64,000 nucleotides of DNA from Octopus sinensis (GCF_006345805.1 NC_043008.1:70308001-70372000); one strand, 5' to 3'; positions 40,226-54,749 are shown, counted from the stretch's first letter. Notes: a model not told the origin generated them from the letters alone. Program-made: numbers and translations.

Positions 40226-42334
40226 GTGTGTGTGTGTGTGCATGCATATATATATGTATATATATGTTTGTGTGTGTGCATGCACATATGTGTGTGTGTG
40301 TGTATGCACATATATGTGTGTGTGCATTTAAATATAAATATGTTAATTATAAATTCTTCAATGCATATTAATGTTGTATTGTATGATTCCAATTTTAGAA
40401 GATGTGCTGTCATGCTGCCATGATACCATGCCACCATTGCAGATTAATTATTATTTTCACAGAGAATCCTTATAAACACCCACTGGAGAGTTGTGAGAGA
40501 CAAATATAATATAATTTATAGAAACGATGCAACAAGAATAATCTTTTCCACATGTATTGTTTGATCTAAAGGGAAGAGTCAAATGTTGATGTCACCTGAG
40601 ATCATCTCAACATTGTTTTTTTTTATTCCAGATTAGTCTTGATGAAGCAAGATTATGCTCATTGGTGTTTCACAGACCCTCTTCCATCTTGTATCAGTGG
40701 AGACTAAACTATTGTCTCAATCACTTTTAGTTTTTATTCTTACTGTTCATAGGTCAATATGTTTGGCTTAGTAGCACAGGTTGTGTGTAGCCATTCTATG
40801 GGTTTATAATCACACTTTCTTCACAATATCCTGCCAATTATGGTGTTTCAAACCTGAAGTGTATGCCCTTGCACGTGCCATCATCTATATCTCGATTTAG
40901 ACACCTGTATTTGTCTCTCTGTCTCACTATAACCTTTCACCATCTGACACAAGATCACCTCCTCCAATTCCCCCTCCCCACTTGAAATTTTTTTTGTTTT
41001 TTGTCTTGCAAGTACTTGGTGACCCTGTCAGTGCAGGTGCCACTTAAAAGCACCCTGTCAAATCTGCTGAGTTGTTGGTATTAGGAAGAGAATCCAGCTG
41101 CGAAAATTCTGCCAAAACAGTCACTGAAGTCTGGTGCAAGCTTCTGCCTGGCTGGCTCTTACGAAATCCTCCCACCATGCTAGCATGAAAGACAGACGTT
41201 AGATAATAATGATGATGAATACAATTACTGGAAATGTGTGTGTTTGTCTGAATAAGTCTGTACTTTCTAAATCTAAATATGTCTGTGTTGTGATGCTAGC
41301 ATCACTCAATGTGTGTGACTGTGTGTAGAAGTATGTTTGTTAAAACCAATCTGTATGTTCAATGTATGTCTGTGTTGCTAACTTTAAACAGTGTGTGAGT
41401 GTGTGTGAATTTGTATGTCAGTTTGGATAGCTTTATCACATGTGTTTTATGTATATGCATGTATTTTTATGTGTGGATGTGTATTAAGGCAGTGAACTGA
41501 CAGGATCATTACCATGCTGGGCACAATGTTTAGCAGTGTTTTGTCCATCTTTACGTTATGGGTTCAAGTGCCTTTCTTTTCTGAGTCAATAAAATAAGAA
41601 CTAGTTGAACACTGGGGTTGATCTAATCAACTTACTCCTTGCCCCCAAAATTGCTGGCCTTGTGCCAAAATTTGAAATCACTATGTGTGCGTATGAATCT
41701 GGATAGCTTTGCCACATTATATTTTTGTGTGCAGGCATGTGTTTATTACCTGCATGGAATTTTATGTGTGGATAACCAGATACCTTTATCAGCTTTTTAT
41801 CTTTTACTTGTTTCATTCATTAAACTGCAGTCCTGCTGGGACACCACATTGAACATTTTATAGTTGAATGAATGAAAGAATCAACCCCCATATAGTTTTT
41901 GTATTTTTGGTTCCTTTTTTAAGCATGGTACTTGTTCTATGAGACTTTTTGCTGAACTGCTAAGTTAATGAGCAAGTCTATATTTTCTCAGCTTGTCAAA
42001 TTTTCTTGCAAAGATATTATGATCACAAGAAATACTCAGTTACAGGAATATTAGTGGCTAGTATGGTGCGTGAACCCACAATGTTTGCGTTATCAGCACC
42101 TGCATGTATTTTTATATATGGATGTGTGCTTGTATTTGTATGTGTGTGTGTGTCTGTTGGTCTCTGTGTGTGTGCGTATATAACTCTCTCCCCTATATGT
42201 ATGCAATATGTTGTTTCACTTCTGCTTCATATTGCAGGAGTCAAAATTTAAGCAATCCTTCAGCATGCTTCTGTGACTTATAAAAGGTTTAACTATACAG
42301 ACCCCTTGATTTTACTGGATTCTAATCATCATCA

Positions 42335-42830
42335 CCATCATCATCTAATGTCCATTTTCCATGCTCACATGTGTTAGAGGGTTTGACTGGAGCTGGTAAA
42401 CTAAAGAGCTGCACCAGGCTCCAGTCTGTTTTGGCTTAGTTTCTCTGGCTGGATGCCCTTTCTAACACCAACCACTCTAAAAGTGTACTGGGTGCCTTTT
42501 ACATGACACCAGCACAAGTGCACTTTATGTGTCACTGGCCATGACTACGATTCCACTTAGCTTGATATGTCTTCTCAAGCACAGCAAATTGACAGTCTCA
42601 GCCACTTGTCATCACCTCTATAAGACTCAACAACTGAAAATCATATTTCACTTCCTTGGCCCACGTTTTCCTAGGTTCACCTCTTCCACAATTTCCTTCA
42701 ACAATTAGAGATTGGCTCTTCTTTAAGCAGCAGTCCTTGTCATGTTTAGAAACAACAGTTTCTGGGACACTTAACACTGCAAGGCCTTGATCTAACCACT
42801 GAAAGTACAAAACTCCAGTGATATTCCTCT
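42335..42830 (-). mobile_element. 5'-truncated RTE LINE 3' end
   Basis: SLIVEGNCGRGEPRKTWAKEVKYDFQLLSL plus the RTE-type 3' UTR and (gat)n tail. Confidence 0.8.
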
Positions 42831-45800
42831 TTTATTCAACTGTTACTATATAATCAAAGAAGAACTCCCTAGATCTTAGTTGGGTAAGATCTAGCAGTTT
42901 TACAATAGACTAGTTTCTCATCCTGAAAGATTGATGGAAAAAAATCACTCATCTTCTTTATTGCAACAAAATGCAAAACTTTGCATGAAATGGATGATTC
43001 TGTCTGATCTCACTGAGATGTTCATTGTTTCATCAATTTTTTTCTCATGTATCCAAAGCAAAAACTCTCAAAGGAAATCAAGAACTTTCTTAATGTTATC
43101 ACAACAATAACTCACTTTTCAGCATTAATTTATAACAACCCTATAGAGACACTCACACAGACACATATACAGAAGGAAAAACAACAAAGGTAACAACAAC
43201 GATAATAATGATAGTAGTGATAATAATGGACAGTAAATGATAATGAAGATGTATTTGTTCCTCTCTGATTATTTTTAGTGCTGTTGGGGTTCAGGTTAGT
43301 ATGTATCTTTAATTAATGAAGGAGCCTTTTCTGTTTGTGTATGACAAGATAGATCAGGTTGCTCTTGAGTGAGTACCCATGTACTTATTTTCTTAAACTA
43401 ATAATAATAATAGTAATAATAATAACAAGGATGATGATGCGGAGAATGGTGAAAATGATAATGATGATGGTGGTGGTTACAATCGTGTTGGTAATGACGA
43501 TGATAGCACAGGATAAGGATGATGACAACAATGATGACAATAGCTGTGATGATGATTGTTACAATGGCCAGTGTGTGATTAAGATGATCGGGATAATGAT
43601 AATGATGACAGTGATGATGGTGTGGTTGTGGTGATAGTGGTGGTGATGCTGAGGATGATGATGAAGATAAAAAGTTTGTTGTTGATTCTAGTGTATTGTA
43701 ATTCCAAACTGTTATCAAATTCCAGTTTATCGCAACCATTCCTTTCAGCTTAAAGAATCCAATAAAATCTCAATTTACTTTCAAAATTGAGAGAATTTTT
43801 TCTTATTTTATTCTTTCTTTTGTTTATTGTCCTTACTAGTTAGAATCCATCAGTTTATTTATTTGTGCAGAAGGAGAGTATAGCTTTGCATTTGTTTCTT
43901 TTTTTTTAATTCTAAAAACTTCTTTAAAATGCAAGAAATTATCAAAATAGGTTTGACAGCAACAGACAACTTCATTGATAAGGTACTGATCACAATCAAT
44001 GAAATGGCTGCCATTCCATTCCTTGCCATTCAGGTGCCATTTTATTGTGTTACGAAAGCCAAAACTTAATCATTTCTCAATGATCAGCTGCACCAAAACA
44101 TCATTTTACCATTTTGATAGCAACCCTCTGAGTTTGCCCTTACTTCTTTGGCACACACTTCCTGTTTTAAAACTATCTAAATAAAAACTCCTGATTAAAA
44201 TTTCATGTTACTCTATGTTTCAGACCTGAGTTTAACAATGATAAATTTATTGTATTCTATTTTGCATTAATTTTGAAAGTGATTGAAAGAAAAACAGTGT
44301 ATTTCAACAGAAATGTGATAACAAGAGATATTACGGGGTGCAGTGTATGCTTTGGTGAGTCAATGAGTTAAGCCATGCAATGTTCTTAAATGGAGAGTAT
44401 ATTATATTATAGAGAATTTATAGAAGAATTTAGCAAGCCATGAAAAGTGTAGAATCTAATCTTGTACTTCTCAAACATTTTTAACTATCAGCCTTTTACT
44501 CTTACTAACACTTTTTAATGCTCCCCCTACCATCACTCTAAGTCAATGCTTCCCTTCATCATTTTATAATATACACACAGCCAGGGTAGGTTAGTTACTA
44601 GTACCAGTCAGATGTAGGTAACTACTCAACCTATCCATTAGCACATGACTACATCAAATTCATATTCTTTGAGCTTCATATAGTCTCCCCACATACATAC
44701 CATAGTTCCCAGTTAAAATTTATCGTTATATATCGATGTATACTTGTTTTTATTATATGTTTACATACTCTGATTTTTCTGTTCATGTGCAAGTTTACAC
44801 TCGTCTATCTATAAATATGATTAGTTTATGAGATTAACAAATGTCACTCATAGCTAGAATCAGTGACATTGAAGCTTGTGCATATTTATATAAATTCACA
44901 TACAAGTCAGGACATTATCTAATGATACAGGTGTGGTGGCTGTCTTTATTGCATGTATGGAAATATTCACAAATTTTGACAAGCTATTCTAAATTGTTCT
45001 TAAATTTGTTTTTAATTTATACATGCATAGGAGTTATATATTTGATTTTGTTTACTCACTCATTTACATTCCAAAGTTTGTTATTATCGTTCATGTTGTT
45101 GTGGTTGCAGCTATCACAAAGTTTATATGTGTTGCCCTGATCATCTTTGAGTGAGTGGAACTGTGACATATAAGTAGGTTGCAATTTAGATTTGACATTG
45201 TAAGTGGCTTTGTTGTTTTGGTCATCCTTAACTGAGCAGAGATATGACATATAATGAGTATGTTGTGTTTCAGATTTGATTTTGTTTTTGTTGTTGGTGG
45301 TTAGTAACCTTGCTAATTTCTGAGTCTGCTGGACTTATGTTATGTAGATAGCTAACAAAAGAACTGGGTATAGTTTTAAGATTCACATCACAGACAAGAT
45401 GTACTTACACCATTGAAGACCACACTTTACATTTCAAGTTAACACTTGTTTCCTGTTTAGGGCATGTTTTCTTCCATTTTGTTGTTGGTTCTTTTATACC
45501 CTTAGATTCTATTGGTGGCCACAACAGCTGTTGTTCCTCTGCACTTATCCAAGTTCAATGTTTCATGACAGGAAGATTATAATTGATACTGCTGCTGTTT
45601 GTATGTGCCTGTGTATGCTTTTGTATTTAAGTGGAATGAGTGGGAGAGACAAAGTTAGGATAGTGTTGCAGTAGTATTGTGGAGTGAATGAAAGGAAAGT
45701 GATGTTAGGATAAAGTTGTGTTGTGGAATGAATGGGAAAGAGAGTGTTGTGAGAATGATGCTGCAGTAGTAACATGGACAGAATAGAAGAAAGTTTTGTT

Positions 45801-46404
45801 ATGATGGTGTAGCAGAAATTTTCTGTTTGATTCTTTACAATGTTGTAATTTCTGCCTTTTGATACCTGTTGAATGGTGTTTCAGGAAGGCTTTTGTTCAT
45901 GGAGGAAGTTCTGTAGGAAACTCTGAGTTACTGTATATATAAAGCCTCTAGAGAGTGCAAAAAGTCGAGGATGACTGTGGTCGGACAGACATAGAAACCA
46001 AAGCTCTGTTTTACAAATAAGAGAAAGAACAGGTTTCAGAGTTAAAGAGGGAGAAAAATGGAAAAGAATTTAGTTGAGAGCACACACTATGCTCAACTAT
46101 GATAGCAACAACAACAGCATGGCTGAGACTCCATTAATAGTCATCTCTGAAGGTTCAATAATCAGTCAATATTCATTCATCTCCATAATAAGATATTTCC
46201 GTTTCTGGCTTTTCACAAGATTTGAGTAAATATATTTACCACCACGAACACCCATCGTTGTTATTACCCCATCCCTGCCTACTTAGCTATTCTTCTGTGG
46301 TTAGACATGTTGCAAATGAACTGTGAATGGATATGCACATATAGGTATGGTGTGTGTGTGTGTCTCTCAATCTATGTCTATATGTCTGTCTGTCTGTCTC
46401 TCTC

Positions 46405-46460
<56 letters not shown>

Positions 46461-46691
46461 TTATGTTTCTGTGTGTATATATATGTATATAATTTATATG
46501 TATATATATATATATATGTGTGTGTGGAAAAGGTTCAATAGAAAAAGCTTTCCACATGGTAAATTGTGGTGAAAAATACAAAAGAAGGAAGATGCACAGA
46601 AATTTTATAATGTACTATATATATATATGTATATATATAGATAAACTTACTTGGAAATAGGCACATGACATTCAATCAAATAATAATATAG

Positions 46692-46747
<56 letters not shown>

Positions 46748-46776
46748 AATATATATATGTATATGTGCATATATGG

Positions 46777-47370
46777 GTACAGGACATCACAAACCATAAA
46801 CAATATGAAATACAAGAACAAATGAGATGAATATGTACACAAGAGAGACAAATGGTAAACAGGACAAGTAACATAAAGAACTATCTTTCATCAGTTCTTG
46901 GTTGTCCATCTACTCCCCATTTAGGGCATTGAATGACAATATGAGTCTTCAAAGGCAGTTGCTCTCACAAAAACAAAAATAAAGTTTGGAATTTATGGAG
47001 GGTCAAAGTTAGTAACAAAAACAGGAGAAATATTTTCTTTGACAAGAGAAAAGATAGAAGAGAGGGATAGATAGGATATATGCAGTCTTTACGACAGCCC
47101 TGAAGGAAAAGAAAGATGATTACATGAGGGAAAGAAAGATGGATGATGGTCACGTGTGAGCAATGAGAGAGAGTAAAGGAGAAAGAGGGAGAGAGAGGAA
47201 GACAGATAGAAAACGGTGAAGGGGAAATGAGGAGTAAATGGACAGCCAACAACTGATGAAAGGTCATTCTTTATGTTTCTTGTCCTGTTTTCCTTTTGTT
47301 TCTCTTGTTTGGGTATTCAACTCATTTGTTTTCATATTTCATGTTATTTACAGTTTGTAACGTCCTGTAC
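46777..47370. mobile_element. Inverted-repeat element (arms about 46777-46922 and 47225-47370), PLE pLTR-like
   Basis: Arms align in reverse complement and contain agccaa(g/c)aactgatgaaag; the full hammerhead could not be parsed. Confidence 0.55.
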
Positions 47371-47399
47371 GCATATTTGCATATATATATATATATATA

Positions 47400-47823
47400 T
47401 CAACTCCTTACTTGTTTTTCTAAAATGCACCATAAATGTTCAATAATATTGAAATCTGGGGACTGTGGTGGCCAGATGAGATGTTCAACTTCACTGGAAT
47501 GTTCCTCTTTCTTAAAGGCTGTCATTACTTTCGAGACAGTACTTGTTGATACACTAAACATTTCGCCTGTTTTCGTTATGCTAGCGTGTGCCATATGAGC
47601 AGCAACAATTTGATCTCTTTGGAAGTCCAATAGATCTGTCATTTTAATGAATTTTAATTACCTATTTCTGATGATATCTGAAAAGAAGCAGCAATTTTAG
47701 CAAAACATATTAAGCAACACTAATAATAAATTAAAAGACATAAAAATAAACAAACTTTTGACGGTTTTATAGATATTTCAAAATTATGATGCTATGTGTT
47801 TCCATTAATTTGTGTAACTCCTG
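47400..47823 (-). mobile_element. Internally deleted Tc1 element
   Basis: TA|caggagttacacaaatta end; ORF MTDLLDFQRDQIVAAH...TVSKVMTAFKK fused in frame to WPPQSPDFNIIEHLW. Confidence 0.85.
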
Positions 47824-47869
<46 letters not shown>

Positions 47870-47871
<2 letters not shown>

Positions 47872-48148
47872 GTGGTGGACTGGGTCTAAAAATATTGGTT
47901 GCCAGGAGACTAAGGGGCCTACTCACAACTACAATGATATCATTTTTTTTTTAAGTATTCTTTTCAATTGTCTGCAAACACAACCAAGCTGAAATAATTA
48001 ATGCATTCTTTCAGCAGTGAATAATAAATTCTCAAACTTGAGGGGATGGGTCCCTTAGATACTAACATATGCCCCCATATATGGATTCTAATGGTGCAGG
48101 GGTCCACTTGCCATCAGGCCAGCTAGCAACCTGGCCAGTCCACCACTG
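47870..48148. mobile_element. 279-bp MITE with 14-bp TIRs
   Basis: cagtggtggactgg ... ccagtccaccactg, inserted in TA/CA repeats. Confidence 0.85.
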
Positions 48149-48234
48149 TATATATATATATATGTATACACACACACACACACACGCATATCTATATATA
48201 TATATGTATATATAAATAATGTCTCTATGTTTGT

Positions 48235-48600
48235 ATTATATGGCTGTTTTTACTTCCCAACCACATGGTTCTGGGTTCTGTCCCACTGCGTGGCACGATG
48301 GGCAGGTGTCTTCTACTTGGGCCAACCAAATCCTCGTGAGTGGATTTGGTTGGCAGAACTTGAACGAAGACTTAGATATATATGTATGTATATATGTATG
48401 TTTGTTTGTACCCCAACACCACTAGAGAACTGGTGTTGGTAAGTTTAGATTCCTGTAACTGAGTGGTTTGGCAAAAAGAGATTGATATAATAAGTACCAG
48501 GCTTAAGAAAAAATAAGTCTCAGAATCAATTCATTTGGCTAAAAATTCTTCAAGGCAGTGCCCCAGCATGGCTGCAGTCTAATGACTGAAGCAGGTGTAT
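48235..48600 (+). mobile_element. SINE family A
   Basis: Head ttcccaaccacatggttctgggttc, tail ccccagcatggctgcagtctaatgactgaa. Confidence 0.8.
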
Positions 48601-49220
48601 GTATTATATGTACCAACCCATGCCAGCATGAAGTGTATATAGTAAATGATGATGATATATATAAATGTATGTATAGCCATATACGTATTTGCATATCTAG
48701 GCATACATACACATATGAGTGCATGTGTGCGTGTGGACATGTTTGTGTTTGTGCATGCATGTGAACTTGCTAACATCACCGAGAATATGCACGTTGGGAA
48801 GCAGTCCTGGTAAATAATCAAATGGCTACCTCAGTGCATTGCAAACCAGCTGCTACATATAAGACAAATTAGCTTTCGTTATTATTCAAATACCTAAATA
48901 ATGAGTTCCGCCCTTGGCATTTGATGCTGTTTCCAGCTTGTGCTTTACTGAAGGAGTTGATTATTTCCTCATTACTTGTACGCCAATTGGTAATCAGCGC
49001 TCAGGTATTAAACACCCTGGGCTTCGATATTGCTGTGGTGGTTGTCATCATTATCATTGTTGTTCTTACTGCTGCTACTGCTACTACTACTACCACTACT
49101 GCTACTGCTGCTGCTGGTGCTGCTATAAAGGAATACATCATTATTATTTCTTTATCTGTATTGTTGCAATTGCTGCTGCTGCTGCCAATATTGTTTATAC
49201 TATTATTGTTGTTATTATTT

Positions 49221-49264
<44 letters not shown>

Positions 49265-49590
49265 TTATTATTATTATTATTATTATCATTATTATTATTA
49301 TTACTACAACAACAATGACTTCAGAAGCACCAGAACCACTGCTACTACTTCTTCCAAAACTACTACCTCTACTACTAATAGTACTACTACAACCACCACA
49401 ACCACTGCTACTACTACTGATGATGCTGATGATTAGTATTGTTACTTTCATTTGATGAATGCTGTAGCATGTTTTCTTATCAAACTATCGCTAAAATTAT
49501 GTTGAGAAGAATGAAAAGATTGTTGAAGCCAACCTCTTTCTCTTCTTCCTTCCCTCCCTCTTTTTCTGTCTTTCTATCTACATAGCTATC

Positions 49591-49673
<83 letters not shown>

Positions 49674-50199
49674 GTGTGTGTGCGTATGTGTTTGTCTCCA
49701 TAGTTGTCTATCAATCTGTTTATCTTTTCCTTCTATTTTCCATCTTATCTCTGTTATCATAAATATACCTGGTGAACATATATTACAAATACCTGGACTA
49801 TATATCTGAACTGATTTTTTTCCCCTTCCTCTCTAACTAATGTTTTCCTAACACCAATGATTTTAAATAAAAGAACTCTTTGCCATTTCCATGGAGGCAG
49901 CAGCTGCCTTTATTTATAAGCATTTGTCTACACCAAACTTGTGAGAATATCGAAAATTCTGTAGTGAAGGATAGGAAAAGTAATTTATTATTGACGTTCA
50001 CATTGTTAGCTAATATTCCTGTTAGTTTTTTTTTTTTTGGGGTTTTTTTTGGGGGGGAGCAGCATTATCTTCTAGATGGCTCCAAAGTTTCTTCATACTT
50101 ATTTTCGCTATTGGTAATAAGAAATATATCATTGACATACATCTAGGCAATGAAAGAAAGCTTCTCAGCTGCACTGGCTTTAGCTGTGGTATTTCTTGG

Positions 50200-50330
50200 A
50201 TTCCATTTGGTAATAATTAACTGAATGAAGTCCCATCAGAGATCCCATTGCTACTTCCATCACCTTGGACCAAAATATTGTTTGTTGAGAGAAAGGGTAC
50301 ATCAAAGGAATCACATTAATAGACTACTTT
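50200..50330 (-). pseudogene. Penelope-like RT remnant
   Basis: caaggtgatgga-agtagcaatgggatctctgatggga, about QGDG/VAMGSLMG, resembles the PLE motif Q.DGVAMGSPLG. Confidence 0.45.
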
Positions 50331-51253
50331 TGTTTTAAATCACAAATCATGGGTAAATAGCTTTGTTGGTTGTATTTCCATTACAAATCAGAAATTCATT
50401 GCATTTCTGATGATATTGATGACAAGGAAGTATCTCTAACTCAATGCAGAACAAATATTTTGACAAGAGACCTAAATATTTCCACTTTTTTCGTCACCGC
50501 ATACATTCTTTGCCTATAGATTATTGAAAGACATGTGTACACACAAACAGACACAAATACAATAAGCTTCTTTCAGTTTTTCTATACTGGATTCGCCTAC
50601 ATAGCATTGGTTGACCAAGGAATATAGCAGAGGACACCTGCTCAAAGTGATGCATTGTGGGAATGAACCTGAAGCTACATGGTTGTATAGAGAACTTTCG
50701 CGTGTGCGCGCACACACACACACACACATACATCCCCATAGAGTTTTTTTTAAATAAAATTTCCATTTACCAAATTACACAGGTGGGATCACGCCTGAAT
50801 ATGTAGGTTGTAGGGCCACTTTGTATGAATTGTTATTTGGAATGTTGGTAGAATTCCGGGAAAACTTTGTGTATTGAATGAAGTTTCTATTGAGTAAGGA
50901 ATATGTTCTTTTTGATTAGGGTTAATTATATTTTGGAATAATTCTTGAGCATTTCTAAACTGAGAAAAGTAAGATAATAGATAAATATAAATATATATTT
51001 ATCCATTTATGAATTTATATTTGGTACACTGCAATAGGTACACCCTATGCATACATAAACACACCTGCACAAACACACACAAACATGCATACATATAAGG
51101 ACATACAGCACATATTCAGAGACACAGCATGGCCACAGCTGAATTATTGAAATCAGTAAAAAGTAATAGTGTAGGTGTGTGTGTGCGTATGTGTGTGTAT
51201 ATTTCTGTATATATATTTATTGTATATAAAAATATATCATATATTATATTCAT

Positions 51254-51285
<32 letters not shown>

Positions 51286-51831
51286 AAATATACACAAATA
51301 TATGAAATTGCAATTTGGTTGATGCATATAACATTGAATTAAATATAAAGGCTTAACATATGCATATTTATAGCTCTGTGGGTATACAATTATTCATGAA
51401 TCTTTAAATATAATTATTTTATAACTATATATATTTTGGTATGCATTTATGAACACATCCACCAAGTATATATCTATAGGTATTTATATTTACATTGTGT
51501 TTGAGTGTGTATATGTTTGTTTTTGTGCATGTATCTATGTTTGTATCTGTACCTAAATGTACAATCAGTTACATTCACAGACACGCATCTACATTCACAT
51601 AAAAATTTATAATAAAACTACATTTGGAATTACAAATGTGAGGAAAAGTACACAATGAATGAAGTAAATTATATATCACCATTATCATCATCATCGTTAT
51701 AACATTTACTGTTCTCTGTTTGTATTGGTCAGACAAGACTACATAGGGGCAGAGATTTCAGTGGCCAAATGTATGCATGTATAAATGTATGTTTACATAT
51801 ATGTATACACATACACACACACATATGTGTA

Positions 51832-51867
<36 letters not shown>

Positions 51868-51871
<4 letters not shown>

Positions 51872-52207
51872 AAGGTGCATGGCTCAGTAGTTAGAGCATT
51901 GAGTTTACAATCGTGAGGTTGTGAGTTCGGTTCCTTGACCGGCTGCGTGTTGTGTTATTGAGCAAGACACTTTATTTCACATTGCTCCAGTTCACTCAGC
52001 TGTAGAAATGAGTTATGATGTCACTGGTGCCAAGCTGTATCAGCCTTTTCCATATCCTTTGGTAACATTGGTGGTGTGGAGATGGGAGACTGATATGCAT
52101 GGGTGATTGCTGGTCTTCCACAAACAACCTTACCTGGACTTGTGCCTTGGTAATTTTCTAGGTGTAGTCCCATGGTCATTCATGACCTAAGGGGGTCACC
52201 CTTTCAC
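51868..52207 (+). mobile_element. SINE family C
   Basis: gtgaaggtgcatggctcagtagttagagc...gagttcggttcc; aligns with 24-350. Confidence 0.85.
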
Positions 52208-52305
52208 CCTATATATATGTGTATATATATATATATCTGTGTGTGTGTGTGTGTGTATATATGTATATGTATATATGTATATGTGTATATATATATATAT
52301 ATATA

Positions 52306-52872
52306 CTAGCAGAGATACCCGAAGTTGCTCAAGATTAAAATGGCATAGCTTTTTATTTGTTTGACTGTGGCCATGCTGGAGCACTGCCTTTAGTTGAATA
52401 GAAAGGAGGGTGGGAGGAAAAAGAGAGAGGGAGAAAGTAAGAAGGAAAGAAAGAGAGAAGGAGAAAGAAACAAAGAGGAAGGGAGAAAGGAAGAAGGAAG
52501 GAAAGAAACAAAGAAAGGATAGAAGGGAAGAAGGAAGGAAAGAAAGGAGGGAGAAAGAAGAAAAGAAAGAAGACAGACTAAAAGAGAGGAACTATTACAG
52601 AGGGTGAGGAGAATATATGTAAGCAAAAGAACAGAGAATGAGAAAAGGGAGAGAATCAGTTGAAAATTGCAGTTTTTATTTTAAAAAATACATGTAAAAC
52701 ACCTTTTTTTCCGATTATTTGCTTTTCAATGAAGCTCTGTTGCAAAAAATCACAGTGCATGACCATCCTTGTCACATAAGTAATGTGTGTGTAAAGTTTG
52801 GTGAAAAGCAGTTGAAAACTGTAGAAATGCATACATATTACACACAGAGACATACTTTGTTTTATATATAGA
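52306..52872 (-). mobile_element. Non-autonomous Helitron interrupted by a SINE A fragment and a purine tract
   Basis: Minus strand A|TCtatatataaaac... and ...cttgagcaacttcggg-tatctctg-CTAG|T. Confidence 0.7.
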
Positions 52873-53250
52873 TGGATGCAGGCATGATTGTGTGGTTGAG
52901 CCACACTACACAGCACGTTGGTCTTTTATTACAGGACAAGGCTGACCAATGCCTTGTTAGTGAATTCAGTAGATGGAAACAGTGCAGAAGCCTATTGTGT
53001 GTGTATGTGTGTGTGTGTCTGTCTGTATGCATGTATGTGAATGTGGGATGCTGTGCTTATGTTTTTTGTCCACTGCTCTACAACTTATGATGGTTTGTAT
53101 TTGTCCTGATAATTTAGTGGTTCAGAAAAAGAAAATGATAGAAGAGATACCAAACTTTCAAATATCTAAGTACTGAGACTGATTTGTTCATGCAAACCCT
53201 CGAAGGTGGCACCCCAGTAAGGCTACAATTCAATGACTGAAACAAGTAAA
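52873..53250 (+). mobile_element. SINE family A
   Basis: gcaggcatgattgtgtgg head, internal TG tract, gactgaaacaagt tail. Confidence 0.75.
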
Positions 53251-53599
53251 TGGCAAGATAAATTATGTGTATATGTGCATATATATGTGTGTATGTCCAA
53301 GTGTGTGTGTGCATGCATCTATTCACCTCGAACAATAGAGAGCAGATGCCGTATTTCATTCCATAATGGCTACCTCTGAAGAGTGCAGGGTTACATAAAT
53401 GGACTGCTACCTAACAGTGTTGAACCCCTAGTGCAAAACTGATTGGTAACGTTGGCCATGATGGATATATAATACTGTACACTTCGATTAATATATATAT
53501 GTATATAAATGAATAGAAAATGAAAATACCAAAAATTAAGATTTATTAACATAATATATTACATTCTTATAATAATATAATATAATAAATATTAAATAT

Positions 53600-53688
53600 A
53601 AATTTCATACAGCTGTTTTGATTCCTACCCATAATAGAATTTTAAAAATTCATTGTTTGTGGGTAAGAATCTCTTCAGTGTAATTTTT
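53600..53688 (-). ncRNA. Type I hammerhead motif, inactivated by G12->A (CpG decay)
   Basis: aaattaca-CTGAAGA-gattcttaccca[28 nt]tgggtaggaatc-AAA-ACAGCTGT-A-tgaaattt: 12-bp helix II, 8-bp palindrome, 8-bp helix I with one mismatch. Confidence 0.7.
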
Positions 53689-54749
53689 AATGTATGAGGA
53701 TTCACAGATCCAAGAAAAGATTGAATTTAGATATATTTCGTTTTCAAGCATGAACGTCAATAGTTACAAGCAAAAACAAAGATAAAATATAGGAAATAAA
53801 ATATGAAAATAAACTAATATAACAGTCATAAAATATATTTGTATACTATTATTTTAATCTAAATATATCCTAGCACATTAGTTGTTTTTTTTTAAATACT
53901 AAGAACAATATTTAAAAACGTATTAAAAAAATATACTTAAAAAACTATGGTGAAATAAAAATATCCTTTTCATTCTTTCATATCATTAAAAAATACATGC
54001 TATTATAATGACAATATGCTTTTTATCTATGGGTAAATAGCATAATATATTTAAAATACTATATCATCTCTAGTCAAATAGCAAATAATATTATAAATTA
54101 TATTGCATTAATTATTTATAATAATCATTACTAAAAATCAAACATTAATAATTAAAAAAGTACATAGTTTATAAAAGAAAGAAACTTTCTAAAAACATTA
54201 TCATAACATTATTACCGTAGAAATTAAATAAACACTGAATTAACCAGTTATTAAAAATATATATAATTATGAGGCCTTAATAAATGTCTTTTTGATAATT
54301 ACTCATTTCCATACTAAAAAAAATAATGCTAAAATCAAAACTAAAATTACTTCATTTTTTAGAGAAATCTCATTGCAATGTTTATATGTATTTATACTTA
54401 CGGAAGAATGGAAGGGACATAATTACACAAAAGTAGTTTACAAAGTGTATTCTTAATATGGTGTACAATAAATATTATTTATGCAAGATATATATAAAGC
54501 ATGATCCTTATTGCTTTAATGTCCATTTTCATGTTCACACCAATTGGACAGAATTTGTCGAGGCAGTTTTTTAAAAATTTTTTGCCAAATGCCATTCTTG
54601 TCACCAACTTTTACCTATTTCTAAATAAGGTAATATTTTCTCTTGACCAGACACATTTTCATAGAAGATTGGAAATGTAACAGCTACTTTTTGCACGTTA
54701 TAAAACCACATAAAGCCTCCTTCATTGGTTCCTCATATGGTAATCATTA

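Noticed and set aside
43398-43739. His/Ser-rich ORF
   Set aside because: Mostly degenerate (GAT/GGT)n repeat.
46880-47265. Hammerhead in the 46.8-47.4 kb inverted arms
   Set aside because: The CTGATGA half is present but the GAAA half and helix I pairing could not be assembled.
48937-48992. AG/GT-bounded segment reading LCFTEGVDYFLITCTPI
   Set aside because: Single short candidate with no partner exon or recognisable homology.
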